A DNA stretch of 64,000 bases from Bacteroidota bacterium. GTDB taxonomy: Bacteria; Bacteroidota; Bacteroidia; Chitinophagales; JADIYW01. Location: positions 16,975 through 80,974 of the forward strand of contig JAGQYE010000070.1 of the NCBI GenBank assembly GCA_020436225.1, given 5' to 3'. Under the pieces are notes generated by a model. It saw only the letters and a list, made by a program, of their open reading frames with translations. It was not told the origin of the DNA and made no database searches. Made by a program: the position numbers and the translations under genes. This document shows, in pieces, positions 1 through 9,177 of the stretch. Numbering within the stretch: position 1 is the stretch's first letter; each line of letters opens with the position of its first letter.

Positions 1-1140
1 ACAAAACTGTCCTGGTGCAATGCCTTTTTGCAGGTGTTTAAAGATGACATATAAACCTTCTTTTCTTCTGTATAAGCAACATTCATCTAAGGCTTGTCGA
101 TAACGAATTCTGGCTTTGTAAGTTTGTTGTTCGCCGATTCCTAATCGCAAATCGTCGCGAATAAAGTGAATATCATTTTCAGCAATAAATAATCCCGGTC
201 GATTTAACCCGAAATGCGTTTCGCCTTCTCCTAAATAAATAATATTCTCTTTTGTATCGGTTTCTATTACAAATAAAGGATTTTTAAATCCACCGATTTT
301 TATGCCTTTTCGTTGTCCAATGGTATAAAAATGTGCGCCATTGTGTTCACCTATAATTTTGCCGTCAGTTGATTTGAAATTATTTTTCTTAGTTAATGAA
401 AAGAGTTGTTCATCACAAAAATTATCAAATTGGAATGTATGATGAATAGATTCATTATCAGGAATTAGAATTACATTTCCTTTTTTTGGTTGAAGTTGTT
501 GTTGTAAAAAATCAGGAAGACGCACTTTTCCAATGAAACACAAACCTTGAGAATCTTTTTTCTCAGCAGTTATCAGTCCAATTTCTTTAGCAATTTTTCG
601 CACTTCCGGTTTTAGCATTTCGCCGATAGGAAATAAGGCTTTGCTTAATTGTTGTTGATTGAGTTGGCAAAGAAAATAGCTTTGGTCTTTATTGCCATCT
701 TTTCCGGCGAGCAATTGAAAAATTTCTTTTCCATTTTTATCGAAAGAAGATTTTCTACAATAATGGCCGGTTGCCACATAATCGGCCCCGATAGCAAGAG
801 CATGTTTTAAAAAAATATCAAACTTAATTTCTCGATTGCACAATACATCCGGATTTGGTGTGCGTCCGGCTTCGTATTCAGCAAACATATAATCAACAAT
901 GCGAGCTTTATATTCTGTGCTTAAATCTAAAGTTTGAAAAGCGATGCCCAATTTTTGGGCAACTAAAAGAGCGTCGTTGCTGTCGTCCACCCAAGGGCAA
1001 TCGCCTTGAATGGTTACACTTCCATCGTGCCAATTTTTCATGAATAATCCAATCACTTCATAGCCTTGTTGTTGCATTAAATAGGCAGCAACGCTCGAAT
1101 CTACGCCGCCTGACATGCCAACAACTACTCGCTTTTTCAT
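1..1140 (-). CDS. mnmA: tRNA 2-thiouridine(34) synthase MnmA (C-terminus cut by window edge)
   Basis: Reverse frame is open from 1140 to position 1 (380 codons). It starts [37 protein letters not shown] (PP-loop SGGxDS) and continues ...[15 protein letters not shown]...[10 protein letters not shown]. It is absent from the ORF track because it has no stop in the window. Confidence 0.9.
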   Translation of the reverse strand, partial: MKKRVVVGMSGGVDSSVAAYLMQQQGYEVIGLFMKNWHDGSVTIQGDCPWVDDSNDALLVAQKLGIAFQTLDLSTEYKARIVDYMFAEYEAGRTPNPDVLCNREIKFDIFLKHALAIGADYVATGHYCRKSSFDKNGKEIFQLLAGKDGNKDQSYFLCQLNQQQLSKALFPIGEMLKPEVRKIAKEIGLITAEKKDSQGLCFIGKVRLPDFLQQQLQPKKGNVILIPDNESIHHTFQFDNFCDEQLFSLTKKNNFKSTDGKIIGEHNGAHFYTIGQRKGIKIGGFKNPLFVIETDTKENIIYLGEGETHFGLNRPGLFIAENDIHFIRDDLRLGIGEQQTYKARIRYRQALDECCLYRRKEGLYVIFKHLQKGIAPGQFC

Positions 1141-1182
1141 CTTACAAAAGTAGATAAAAGCGCATAAATACATTATTAAATT

Positions 1183-1213
1183 AAAATAAAAACCTGCGAT
1201 AGAAATCGCAGGT
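1183..1213 (-). terminator. Rho-independent terminator of the metalloprotease gene
   Basis: On the minus strand: ACCTGCGAT-TTCT-ATCGCAGGT (perfect 9-bp stem) followed by TTTTATTTT. It lies 36 nt downstream of the stop at 1249. Confidence 0.75.
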
Positions 1214-1248
1214 CCAACATAACATTCATAAAATAACCAAAAAAAATT

Positions 1249-3729
1249 TTATCTACTTACGACGATTTTTCTAAATGTATTGCCTTCAGGAAGTTGGAAT
1301 TTTAATAAATAGGTTCCACTCATTAATTGTGAAAGGTCGATAGACGTTTGTTGATCTTTTATATTGTTGAATTCATTGTAGTAAACAGTTTGTCCGGCTA
1401 AGTTGTAAAGTTCCACTTTTACGTCTTTATAATCCTTTAGAGAAAAATTGATATTGACATTATCTCGCGCCGGATTTGGATAAACATTCAAAGCATCAAA
1501 TTGCATTTCAGTTTCATTGACAGGAGATACAGCATCAAGCGAGAATGTTTTAGATTCACTACATTGATTTTTATCTGTCACTTTTAGGTTATAATTTCCC
1601 GCATTTAAATCTGTTATTTTAGGAACTGTTAATTCGGTTGAATTATTAAGTAAGAAAGTATACGGCGCTGTTCCTCCGCTTACATTTATAGTTGCGTTGT
1701 AAGAACGATTATTGATTAATTCTGTTACTACATTTAATGATAATGCTTGCGGTTGAGTTATGGTTGCTGTTTTGCTAATACTACATTGATTACCATCTTT
1801 AATGGTTACAGAATAAGTGCCGGCTGCAGCATTTACAAGTTGTTGTTCTTGTTGGTTATTGTTCCATTGAAAAGTATAATTGCCATCGCCACCGCTTGGA
1901 ATTACTTTTAATGAGCCATCATTTCCATTATTACAAGAAACATTTTTGATTAGTTGAATATTTGCATTAATTGCCGGTGTTACTGTAATAAATGCTTGTT
2001 TGATTGTTGAGTCTTTTGTTGTTGCATTATAGGCAACTAATTTTATAGAATAAACACCTGCTTGCGTAAATGTATAAGAAGCATTTTGTGATTCAGATTC
2101 CACTGTTCCATCATTTGTAAAATCCCATTTCCATTCAGTTGGGTTTCCTGTAGATTGGTCAGTAAAATTTACAGTTAAAGGAGCACAGCCTATAATCTTG
2201 TCAGTAGTAAATTGTGATTTTACAGGAGTTGAATTGGCTTGAGTTGTACAAGCATAAGGACTTTTTATATGTTTTCCATAAATACAAGATGCAGTAGAAA
2301 TACTTCTATTTATTACATCGCTAACATTGGTAATATCAGAATTTTGATTGAGGTCGCGTTTTACTGCACCTGCAGAGATTGATGGATACATAATTTCTGT
2401 TCCTTCACTGTGGTGACCTTCACCGAAAGCATGGCCTAATTCATGTAATGCAACACTTTCAAAATCATATTGATTGGAAGCTGGATTATCTGTTCCAAAA
2501 TAAAATAATGCATCCGGACTGAACATCATATCTATTGATTCAGGGAAAATTGGAGAGTTTCTGTCGCAGATAGAATAGCTGGTATAAGTTACAGCTAAAG
2601 CTCCCGGGGGAAGTGGACAAGATGCTGATGCAAAGCTAACAGTGTTTTCGTCATCTAATTGATTAGGGCAAGTATTGCTTGTTGTATTTTCGCTAATCTC
2701 AGCATTTACGCCTGTTTTGCAAATCCATTGGTCTAATGCTCTTTTAAAACAATTTTTTGCTGCAGTATTTGAATTTAGATTTTCGTTTAATGTGAATGTA
2801 TAACCACCTTTATTGTTTTTATCTACTAAAATAAGTTTGTTTTTTTTGTATTCGAATTGATTATAAGAAACACTTAAAGAAGATTCAGATTCAATGATAG
2901 CACCATTTTTGTCTATAACTCTAAATAAGCCATTTCCTGAACCACCACCACCGAATGCTGATGCTCCCGGAACCAATACTTTTATTTCTGTGTCTGTCCA
3001 AGAAAGAATATAAGATGAATCTGGAAGTGGGTTAAATGAATTGGGCAAAACACTATTGGCATTTCTAAATTGTACTGTTGCTTGACCTGTTTTTTCTTTA
3101 AACCCAAATCCCATTATAGTTAATATGCTTTGAGTTCCTGCGCTAATAGTATTAGGCGTAAAATAGGTTACTTGTGCGCCACCTGCAACATCATACGTGC
3201 TATTGTCTTTTCCTTCTCTTAAATTACTTGTTGTAACTGGCTTTTTTTGGATTAAGCTATAAATCTTGTCGGAATTTTGATATTCGTCGAATGTGCCGAT
3301 ATATTTTCCTGAGAATTTATCGTATTCAATAAATCCTTGAGACATTCCGTAAATTTCATATTGTTTGTTATTTGATTGAAATTTTAAGGCATTTCTATTT
3401 GGAGTTAAAAAGAAAATCCCTTCTGTGCCAACTTTTAAATTCGCACTTGGCTCAACAGTTAATAGTTTACCGTCAATAAGTCCACCTTGTGTGATGATTT
3501 CGACAACATCAGGTGCGCTTCCTTTAATACGATCACTTACTTGTACAGTATTAACTGTATAGATAAATGTTTTGTCGTAATTCCAACAAGCAGTTTGTTT
3601 GGTTACTTTTCCTTGGATAACTAAGTTTGATTGGTCTGTACGTTGGTCAATGCTTAGCTTTGACAGCATACAATTTGCGTTACAACAATAGCTGTACGCT
3701 ATTGCGAACAATAAGAAATAGGGTTTCAT
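1249..3729 (-). CDS. Secreted multidomain zinc metalloprotease (metzincin) with T9SS C-terminal sorting domain
   Basis: N-terminal signal peptide. HELGHAFGEGHH (HExxHxxGxxH) plus the Met-turn IMYPS. PKD-like segment (GCAPLTVNFTDQS...WKWDF). SprB-type repeats (CNNGNDGSLKV, GGDGNYTFQWNN). C-terminal LNVYPNPARDNVNINF... is typical of T9SS CTDs. Confidence 0.85.
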   Translation of the reverse strand: MKPYFLLFAIAYSYCCNANCMLSKLSIDQRTDQSNLVIQGKVTKQTACWNYDKTFIYTVNTVQVSDRIKGSAPDVVEIITQGGLIDGKLLTVEPSANLKVGTEGIFFLTPNRNALKFQSNNKQYEIYGMSQGFIEYDKFSGKYIGTFDEYQNSDKIYSLIQKKPVTTSNLREGKDNSTYDVAGGAQVTYFTPNTISAGTQSILTIMGFGFKEKTGQATVQFRNANSVLPNSFNPLPDSSYILSWTDTEIKVLVPGASAFGGGGSGNGLFRVIDKNGAIIESESSLSVSYNQFEYKKNKLILVDKNNKGGYTFTLNENLNSNTAAKNCFKRALDQWICKTGVNAEISENTTSNTCPNQLDDENTVSFASASCPLPPGALAVTYTSYSICDRNSPIFPESIDMMFSPDALFYFGTDNPASNQYDFESVALHELGHAFGEGHHSEGTEIMYPSISAGAVKRDLNQNSDITNVSDVINRSISTASCIYGKHIKSPYACTTQANSTPVKSQFTTDKIIGCAPLTVNFTDQSTGNPTEWKWDFTNDGTVESESQNASYTFTQAGVYSIKLVAYNATTKDSTIKQAFITVTPAINANIQLIKNVSCNNGNDGSLKVIPSGGDGNYTFQWNNNQQEQQLVNAAAGTYSVTIKDGNQCSISKTATITQPQALSLNVVTELINNRSYNATINVSGGTAPYTFLLNNSTELTVPKITDLNAGNYNLKVTDKNQCSESKTFSLDAVSPVNETEMQFDALNVYPNPARDNVNINFSLKDYKDVKVELYNLAGQTVYYNEFNNIKDQQTSIDLSQLMSGTYLLKFQLPEGNTFRKIVVSR

Positions 3730-3863
3730 GTTATGTTATTTATGTTTCTAAAAAAAATAGGGTATTGTAAAATTATAATTAATTTTTCATTTTGTCAATA
3801 GTAAATTTCATTTTTTTTCAGCCACTGTCGATTTTCACTTGTTATTTATTATATTTTTATGCA

Positions 3864-4445
3864 ATGTTAGGCTTAAAATTAGCAACTGATCCTCGTTGGG
3901 TTAATTTAGCTTCTATCACTATTGAAGAGATTTTAACCGACCATGCTTATTGTGAACAAAAAGCAACTACTAATTGTATTTCTCTTATACAGTTATATCC
4001 GGAAAAGGTATATATGGTTGAAAAATTAATTCCGATAGTTACGGAAGAATGGTCGCATTTTAAATTGGTTACTGAGGAGTTAAAAAAAAGAAATCTACGT
4101 TTAGGAAATCAACGACAAGATAAATATGTTGTTGGGTTGTATGATTTTTTTAAAAAAGGTGGAAGCCCGGAAGAACGATTCTTAGATAGATTATTGATAG
4201 CCGCATTAATTGAAGCAAGAAGTTGCGAACGATTTCGATTATTGTCTTTGCATTTGGAAGATGAACAATTAAAGCATTTTTATCACAAATTAATGATTTC
4301 AGAAGCCGGACATTATAGATTGTTTATTGATATTGCTGAACAATATTTTGAAAAATCTATAGTGAAAAATAGATGGAATCAATGGTTAGAACACGAAACA
4401 GTAGTTTTAGAAAATTTGGAAGTTCGAGGAGATAGAGTACATTAA
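3864..4445 (+). CDS. miaE: tRNA-(ms2io6A37)-hydroxylase MiaE (di-iron)
   Basis: LKLATDPRWV...DHAYCEQKA...EEWSHF...EARSCERF...SEAGHY matches the MiaE ferritin-like pattern. The ATG at 3864 (MLGLKLATD) is preferred over the TTG at 3792 given in the ORF track. Confidence 0.8.
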   Translation: MLGLKLATDPRWVNLASITIEEILTDHAYCEQKATTNCISLIQLYPEKVYMVEKLIPIVTEEWSHFKLVTEELKKRNLRLGNQRQDKYVVGLYDFFKKGGSPEERFLDRLLIAALIEARSCERFRLLSLHLEDEQLKHFYHKLMISEAGHYRLFIDIAEQYFEKSIVKNRWNQWLEHETVVLENLEVRGDRVH

Positions 4446-4464
4446 AAACACTGAAATAAAATTA

Positions 4465-5379
4465 ATGAAAGCATTAGAATTAAACGAAATAATTACATAC
4501 TTGGTTGATTTGCAACAATCCATTTGTTCCAGTTTAGAGAAATTAGATGGTCAATCTACTTTTAAAACAGATAATTGGACCCGAACTGAAGGTGGCGGCG
4601 GTGCAAGTAAAGTAATTGAAAATGGAAATGTTTTTGAAAAGGGTGGTGTGAATTTTTCACATGTTTACGGAAAGCTGCCTGATATATTAAAATCGGAAAC
4701 TCGAACAGCAAATTATTTCCATGCAACAGGCGTTTCTATTGTAATTCATCCACAAAATCCATTTGTTCCAATTATTCACATGAATGTTCGATATTTTTGT
4801 ATGAGTGAAGAAGAAAATGGAAAAATTACTGACGAATGGTTTGGCGGCGGTATCGATTTGTCGCCGGCATATCCAAATGAAGATGATACTTTACATTTGC
4901 ATCAAACATTGAAAGAAGTGTGCGATAAATTTGATATTTCTTATTATCCAACATTTAAAACTTGGTGCGATGATTATTTCACCATAAAACATCGTAATGA
5001 AATGCGTGGTGTTGGCGGCATTTTTTATGATCATCTTCGCCCAAAAAATGACGAGCACAAACATCAGTTGTTTTCTTTTATGCAAGCAGTAGGCAATAGT
5101 TTTTTGCCGATTTATGCTGAGATAGTTCAACGTAATAAAGAAAAATCTTTTAATGAAAAAAATAAAGAATGGCAGTTTGTAAGAAGAGGCAGATATGCAG
5201 AATTTAATTTGATTTATGACAGAGGAACTCATTTTGGGTTGCGTTCCAATGGTAGAATTGAATCAATATTAATGAGTTTGCCGCCACATGCTGAGTGGAA
5301 ATATAACTATGAACCAAAAGAAAATAGCGACGAAGCAGCTTCATTGCTTTTTTTTCAACCAAAAAATTGGATTAATTAG
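4465..5379 (+). CDS. hemF: Oxygen-dependent coproporphyrinogen III oxidase
   Basis: The length and motifs match HemF: WTRTEGGGGASKVIENGNVFEKGGVNFSHV, GVSIVIHPQNPFVPIIHMNVRYF, RGVGGIFYD, FNLIYDRGTHFGL. Confidence 0.9.
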   Translation: MKALELNEIITYLVDLQQSICSSLEKLDGQSTFKTDNWTRTEGGGGASKVIENGNVFEKGGVNFSHVYGKLPDILKSETRTANYFHATGVSIVIHPQNPFVPIIHMNVRYFCMSEEENGKITDEWFGGGIDLSPAYPNEDDTLHLHQTLKEVCDKFDISYYPTFKTWCDDYFTIKHRNEMRGVGGIFYDHLRPKNDEHKHQLFSFMQAVGNSFLPIYAEIVQRNKEKSFNEKNKEWQFVRRGRYAEFNLIYDRGTHFGLRSNGRIESILMSLPPHAEWKYNYEPKENSDEAASLLFFQPKNWIN

Positions 5380-5410
5380 AATTGTCTTTTAATTAGAATT
5401 AGATTTATCC

Positions 5411-5418
5411 TATCTTTG
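5411..5418 (+). promoter_or_regulatory. Bacteroidota-type -7 promoter box (TATCTTTG)
   Basis: Exact TAnnTTTG match 5 nt before the ATG at 5424. The same octamer TATCTTTG recurs before several other genes in this window. Confidence 0.45.
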
Positions 5419-5423
5419 TACCT

Positions 5424-6131
5424 ATGAAACCTACATTTGAATCGGATGATTGTAAACATTGCTCAGTAAGGTTTCAGTCTGTTTTTTGCAAAACAGAAAA
5501 TGATAAGATTGAAGAAATCGATGCTGCTAAAATCTGCTCAGTTTTTAAAAAAGGAGAAATAATTTTTAAAGAAGGTTTTTTTGCTTCAGGTGTATATTGT
5601 ATCAACAAAGGCAAAATAAAGGTTTCGATGGTGGGCGATGAAGGCAAAGAACAAATTGTTCGTTTGGCAAAACAAGGCGATATAATTGGCTATAAAGCGC
5701 TCATTTCAGGAGATAAATATAGCGCCTCAGCGACAACTTTAGAAGATAGTAATGTTTGTTTTATTCCAAGAGAAATTTTTATCAATATTTTACAAAAAGA
5801 TGCAAATTTGTCTTTTGAGATGATGAAAATTTTATCAAACGAATTGCGAAATGCGGAAGTAAAAATTACAAACTTAGCACAAAAACCGGTTCGAGAACGA
5901 CTTGCCGAAACTATTCTATTCTTAAAAGAAACGTATGGCATCGACGAACATAATAACATCAATATAGCACTCACGCGAGAAGATATTGCCAATTTGGTTG
6001 GCACGGCAACAGAAACAACAATTCGACTTTTATCAGAATTTAAGAAAGATAATATCATTGAATTAACCGGTAAAAAGATTAGAATTATCAACAACCAAAA
6101 ACTCGTCAAAACAGCCAATATCTACGACTAA
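5424..6131 (+). CDS. FNR-type Crp/Fnr family transcriptional regulator (putative [4Fe-4S] oxygen sensor)
   Basis: cNMP-like beta-roll plus a C-terminal HTH (TATETTIRLL, with E and R at the FNR E209/R213 positions). Cys pattern is C10-x2-C13-x8-C22 plus C112 in DSNVCFIPRE, which aligns with E. coli FNR SMVCEIPF (C122). Confidence 0.75.
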   Translation: MKPTFESDDCKHCSVRFQSVFCKTENDKIEEIDAAKICSVFKKGEIIFKEGFFASGVYCINKGKIKVSMVGDEGKEQIVRLAKQGDIIGYKALISGDKYSASATTLEDSNVCFIPREIFINILQKDANLSFEMMKILSNELRNAEVKITNLAQKPVRERLAETILFLKETYGIDEHNNINIALTREDIANLVGTATETTIRLLSEFKKDNIIELTGKKIRIINNQKLVKTANIYD

Positions 6132-6132
6132 C

Positions 6133-6152
6133 AATATGATTTTTATCATATT
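6133..6152. promoter_or_regulatory. Perfect palindrome AATATGAT-TTTT-ATCATATT (FNR-box geometry)
   Basis: 8-bp arms with a 4-nt spacer and core TGAT-N4-ATCA. It lies between the FNR-type gene and the ORF6220/ccoI unit. It could alternatively be a weak hairpin terminator. Confidence 0.4.
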
Positions 6153-6219
6153 ATTAGCTGATTCAGGTCAGCAGAAATAGTTACACTTTACTTTAATTTT
6201 ATCTCAAATTTTAATTGAG

Positions 6220-6714
6220 GTGTTCATTCTTTCTATCAATCGTTTTGATGATTTTTCAGCAAAAGCACTTTGTGATTTTATCAATGATAAATTATATCCT
6301 GAAATATTTTCGGTTTTAGAAAGTATTGATATGCATATTTTTGAGTTGATGATGGAAAAAAATTCGCAATTAAATGATATTGTGAATTGTAATTTTCAAA
6401 TTGTTTCAAAAGAAATTAAAATGCTTTTTTCTAAGTATGAAGTATTAATGTTTCCACGTTTGATTTCGATGGATAATTCAACAATTTCGTTAACACCAAT
6501 TATTGATAATCATAAAAGAGTATATAAAATATTTAAAAAAATTCGACACTTATTAGACGATTATGAAATTCAAGCAACGTGGTCGTTAAAGCAAAAAAAA
6601 TGTATTAACGAGTTGTATGTGTTAGAACAATCTGTTTTATATGTATTATATTTAAAAGAGAATTTTTTATTGGCAGAAATAAAAAATACTTCAAGAAATG
6701 AAATCGCCCGATAA
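6220..6714 (+). CDS. Hypothetical protein, possibly a degenerate hemerythrin/RIC-like helical protein
   Basis: 164-aa ORF with a GTG start and a 17-nt overlap with the ccoI start. Helix-end patterns KYEVLMFPRL and YLKENFLLAEI resemble the (H)xxKEExxLFP and HIHLENNILFP motifs of ScdA/YtfE-type proteins, but most His ligands are missing. Confidence 0.45.
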   Translation: MFILSINRFDDFSAKALCDFINDKLYPEIFSVLESIDMHIFELMMEKNSQLNDIVNCNFQIVSKEIKMLFSKYEVLMFPRLISMDNSTISLTPIIDNHKRVYKIFKKIRHLLDDYEIQATWSLKQKKCINELYVLEQSVLYVLYLKENFLLAEIKNTSRNEIAR

Positions 6715-9133
6715 AATTGTAACACATTGTTTTCATTGCGGTGAAGAATGTAAGAGCGAACATGTTTTTGTGTACGATAAACATTTCTGTTGTAGCGGCT
6801 GTAAATTGGTATATGAAATCTTACAAGAAAATGAATTGTGTACGTATTATTCCTTAAATCAAACGCCGGGAAATAATGCAAATATCCAAGTAAGAACCGA
6901 TAAGTTTTCCTTTTTAGATAATGCAGAAATTCAACAAAAAATAATTCAATTTACAGATGGTAAACAAACACATGTTACATTTTATTTGCCTCAAATACAT
7001 TGTAGCTCCTGTTTGTGGTTGTTAGAAAATATTTATAAAATCAATGACGCTATTGTTGCTTCTACGGTAAATTTTAGTACAAAAGAAGTTTTTATTATTT
7101 ACGATAACCAAAAAACAACACTTCGTAAAGTAGTGGAAACATTAACATCCGTTGGTTATGAACCACATTTGAGTTTGCAAGAAATAAATACAAAACCTAC
7201 TACTTTCTCTAATAAAACTAAACTATATAAAATTGGAATTGCCGGCTTTTGTTTTGCCAATATTATGATGATGAGTGCGCCTGAATATTTTGTAACAGAT
7301 AGTGTATTAGAAGGTGGAATCAAACAAGTATTAAGATTATTTATAATAATATTTTCATTGCCTGTTGTATTCTATTGTGCATCAGAGTTTTTCGTGTCGG
7401 CATGGAATGGCATAAAAACAAAATATTTAAACATAGATGTTCCAATTGCATTAGCTATTTTAATTACTTATGGAAGAAGCTTATACGATTTTTTTTATGG
7501 CAATGGAATGGGCTATTTTGATAGTATGAGTGGTATTGTTTTTTTTATGTTGATAGGTCGATATTTACAAGATAAAACATATCAATCTATTTCTTTTGAT
7601 AGAGATTATCAATCTTTTTTTCCTATTGCAGTTAATGTCTTAAAAGAAAATAAACTTGTGCCAACCTCGATAGATCAAGTGCAAAAAGGTGATACGATAC
7701 AAGTGTATAATCAAGAATTAATTCCGGTTGACGGAATATTGTCGAAAGGAACAGCCACCATTGATTATAGTTTTGTAAGTGGAGAAAGTTTACCGGTTTC
7801 AAAAAATATCGGTGAAATTATTTATGCCGGCGGAAAACAAACTTCCGGAATGATAGAGTTGCTTGTAGTGAAAGCAGTTTCTCAAAGTTATTTGACCAAT
7901 CTTTGGAATAAATCTGTTTTTAAAAATAAAGCACCTAAAAACAATTCTTATATCGATGCATTGTCGAAATATTTTACCATTCTTGTATTGTTAATTGCCA
8001 TTGTTGCTGCTGCTTTTTGGTATAGTAAAAGCGAATATACGTTGATGTGGAATGCTGTTTCTACTGTTTTAATTGTTGCTTGTCCGTGTACATTATTATT
8101 AGCAGCAACCTATACCAATGGAAACATTCTCAATATTTTCAACAAGAATAAATTTTATTTGCGGCATGCTGAAGTCATCGAAAGTTTATCCAAAATAAAT
8201 TATATCGTTTTTGATAAAACCGGAACACTAACAAGAAATACGGAAGTACAAGTCAGTTATTCCGGAAAATCATTTTCTGACGATGAAAAACAAGCTATCG
8301 CATCGATGGCACAACAATCTGCACATCCATTGAGTAAAGCTATTATTCAATATTTTAATCTTCAATCAATCGATAAAATAAAAGATTTTAAAGAGACAAG
8401 TGGAAAAGGTATCGAAGGCTGGATAAATGAACATTATTTCAAAATTGGTTCACATGATTTTGTTTTTAACGAAAATACAAACTCAACTAATAATAATAGT
8501 TCAGTTTTTGTAAAAATAGATAAAGAATATTACGGACAATTTAGTATTAAAAATCAGTACAGATTTGGCTTTAATGAGTTGATGAGTAAATTAAAATCAA
8601 CTTATCCAATTGCAGTTCTTTCGGGTGATAATGATGCTGAACGAAAAAATTTGGAAAAGATTCTAGGGCAAGATGCGGATATTTTATTTTCACAAAAACC
8701 GGAAGATAAATTAGCCTATATAAATTACCTGCAAGAAAGTAAACATCGGAAAGTTTTAATGGTAGGAGATGGGTTAAATGATGCCGGAGCTTTAAAACAA
8801 AGTGATGTAGGCATTGCAATATCAGAAAATTCAAATAACTTTAGTCCTGCGTGTGATGGAATATTGGAAGCTGTGCAATTTTCGAATTTAAATAAATTTG
8901 TACAATTGGCTAAACATACACAACATATCATACTCATCTGTTTTGTATTCTCATTTATTTATAATGTTATTGGATTGTCGTTTGCCGTTCAAGGTATTCT
9001 TTCGCCGTTTATTGCAGCTATTTTAATGCCATGCAGTTCCATAAGTATTGTAATTTTAACCTATTTGTTAACACACTATTACAGCAAAAAAATAAAATTG
9101 ACAAACTATGATAAAAGTCATATTTTTCAATGA
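6698..9133 (+). CDS. ccoI: Copper-translocating P1B-type ATPase CcoI/FixI (cbb3 oxidase maturation)
   Basis: N-terminal Cys-rich metal-binding domain (HCFHCGEEC...FCCSGCKLVY). TM CPC motif (ACPCTLL). Phosphorylation site DKTGTLT and hinge GDGLNDAGAL. Located directly upstream of ccoS and ccoNO. Confidence 0.9.
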   Translation: MKSPDKIVTHCFHCGEECKSEHVFVYDKHFCCSGCKLVYEILQENELCTYYSLNQTPGNNANIQVRTDKFSFLDNAEIQQKIIQFTDGKQTHVTFYLPQIHCSSCLWLLENIYKINDAIVASTVNFSTKEVFIIYDNQKTTLRKVVETLTSVGYEPHLSLQEINTKPTTFSNKTKLYKIGIAGFCFANIMMMSAPEYFVTDSVLEGGIKQVLRLFIIIFSLPVVFYCASEFFVSAWNGIKTKYLNIDVPIALAILITYGRSLYDFFYGNGMGYFDSMSGIVFFMLIGRYLQDKTYQSISFDRDYQSFFPIAVNVLKENKLVPTSIDQVQKGDTIQVYNQELIPVDGILSKGTATIDYSFVSGESLPVSKNIGEIIYAGGKQTSGMIELLVVKAVSQSYLTNLWNKSVFKNKAPKNNSYIDALSKYFTILVLLIAIVAAAFWYSKSEYTLMWNAVSTVLIVACPCTLLLAATYTNGNILNIFNKNKFYLRHAEVIESLSKINYIVFDKTGTLTRNTEVQVSYSGKSFSDDEKQAIASMAQQSAHPLSKAIIQYFNLQSIDKIKDFKETSGKGIEGWINEHYFKIGSHDFVFNENTNSTNNNSSVFVKIDKEYYGQFSIKNQYRFGFNELMSKLKSTYPIAVLSGDNDAERKNLEKILGQDADILFSQKPEDKLAYINYLQESKHRKVLMVGDGLNDAGALKQSDVGIAISENSNNFSPACDGILEAVQFSNLNKFVQLAKHTQHIILICFVFSFIYNVIGLSFAVQGILSPFIAAILMPCSSISIVILTYLLTHYYSKKIKLTNYDKSHIFQ

Positions 9134-9144
9134 TACACATCATT
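9129..9144. promoter_or_regulatory. Palindrome AATGAT-ACAC-ATCATT (FNR-box geometry)
   Basis: 6-bp perfect arms with a 4-nt spacer. It shares the ATGAT-N4-ATCAT core with the 6133 site. It overlaps the ccoI stop codon and lies 34 nt upstream of ccoS and about 210 nt upstream of ccoNO. Confidence 0.4.
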
Positions 9145-9177
9145 AAGATTTTTTTTAATTAAAAATACTTTTGAGCA

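Noticed and set aside
855-1043. 62-aa plus-strand ORF from the ORF track
   Set aside because: It lies entirely antisense to the well-supported mnmA reading frame. It is Cys/Arg-rich with no motif, so it is a chance ORF.
4891-6881. Antisense ORFs 4891-5232, 5690-6118 and 6570-6881
   Set aside because: Each lies opposite a gene with strong family motifs (hemF, the FNR-type regulator, ccoI). Their translations are low-complexity and Ile/Phe/Lys-rich, as expected from AT-rich antisense frames.
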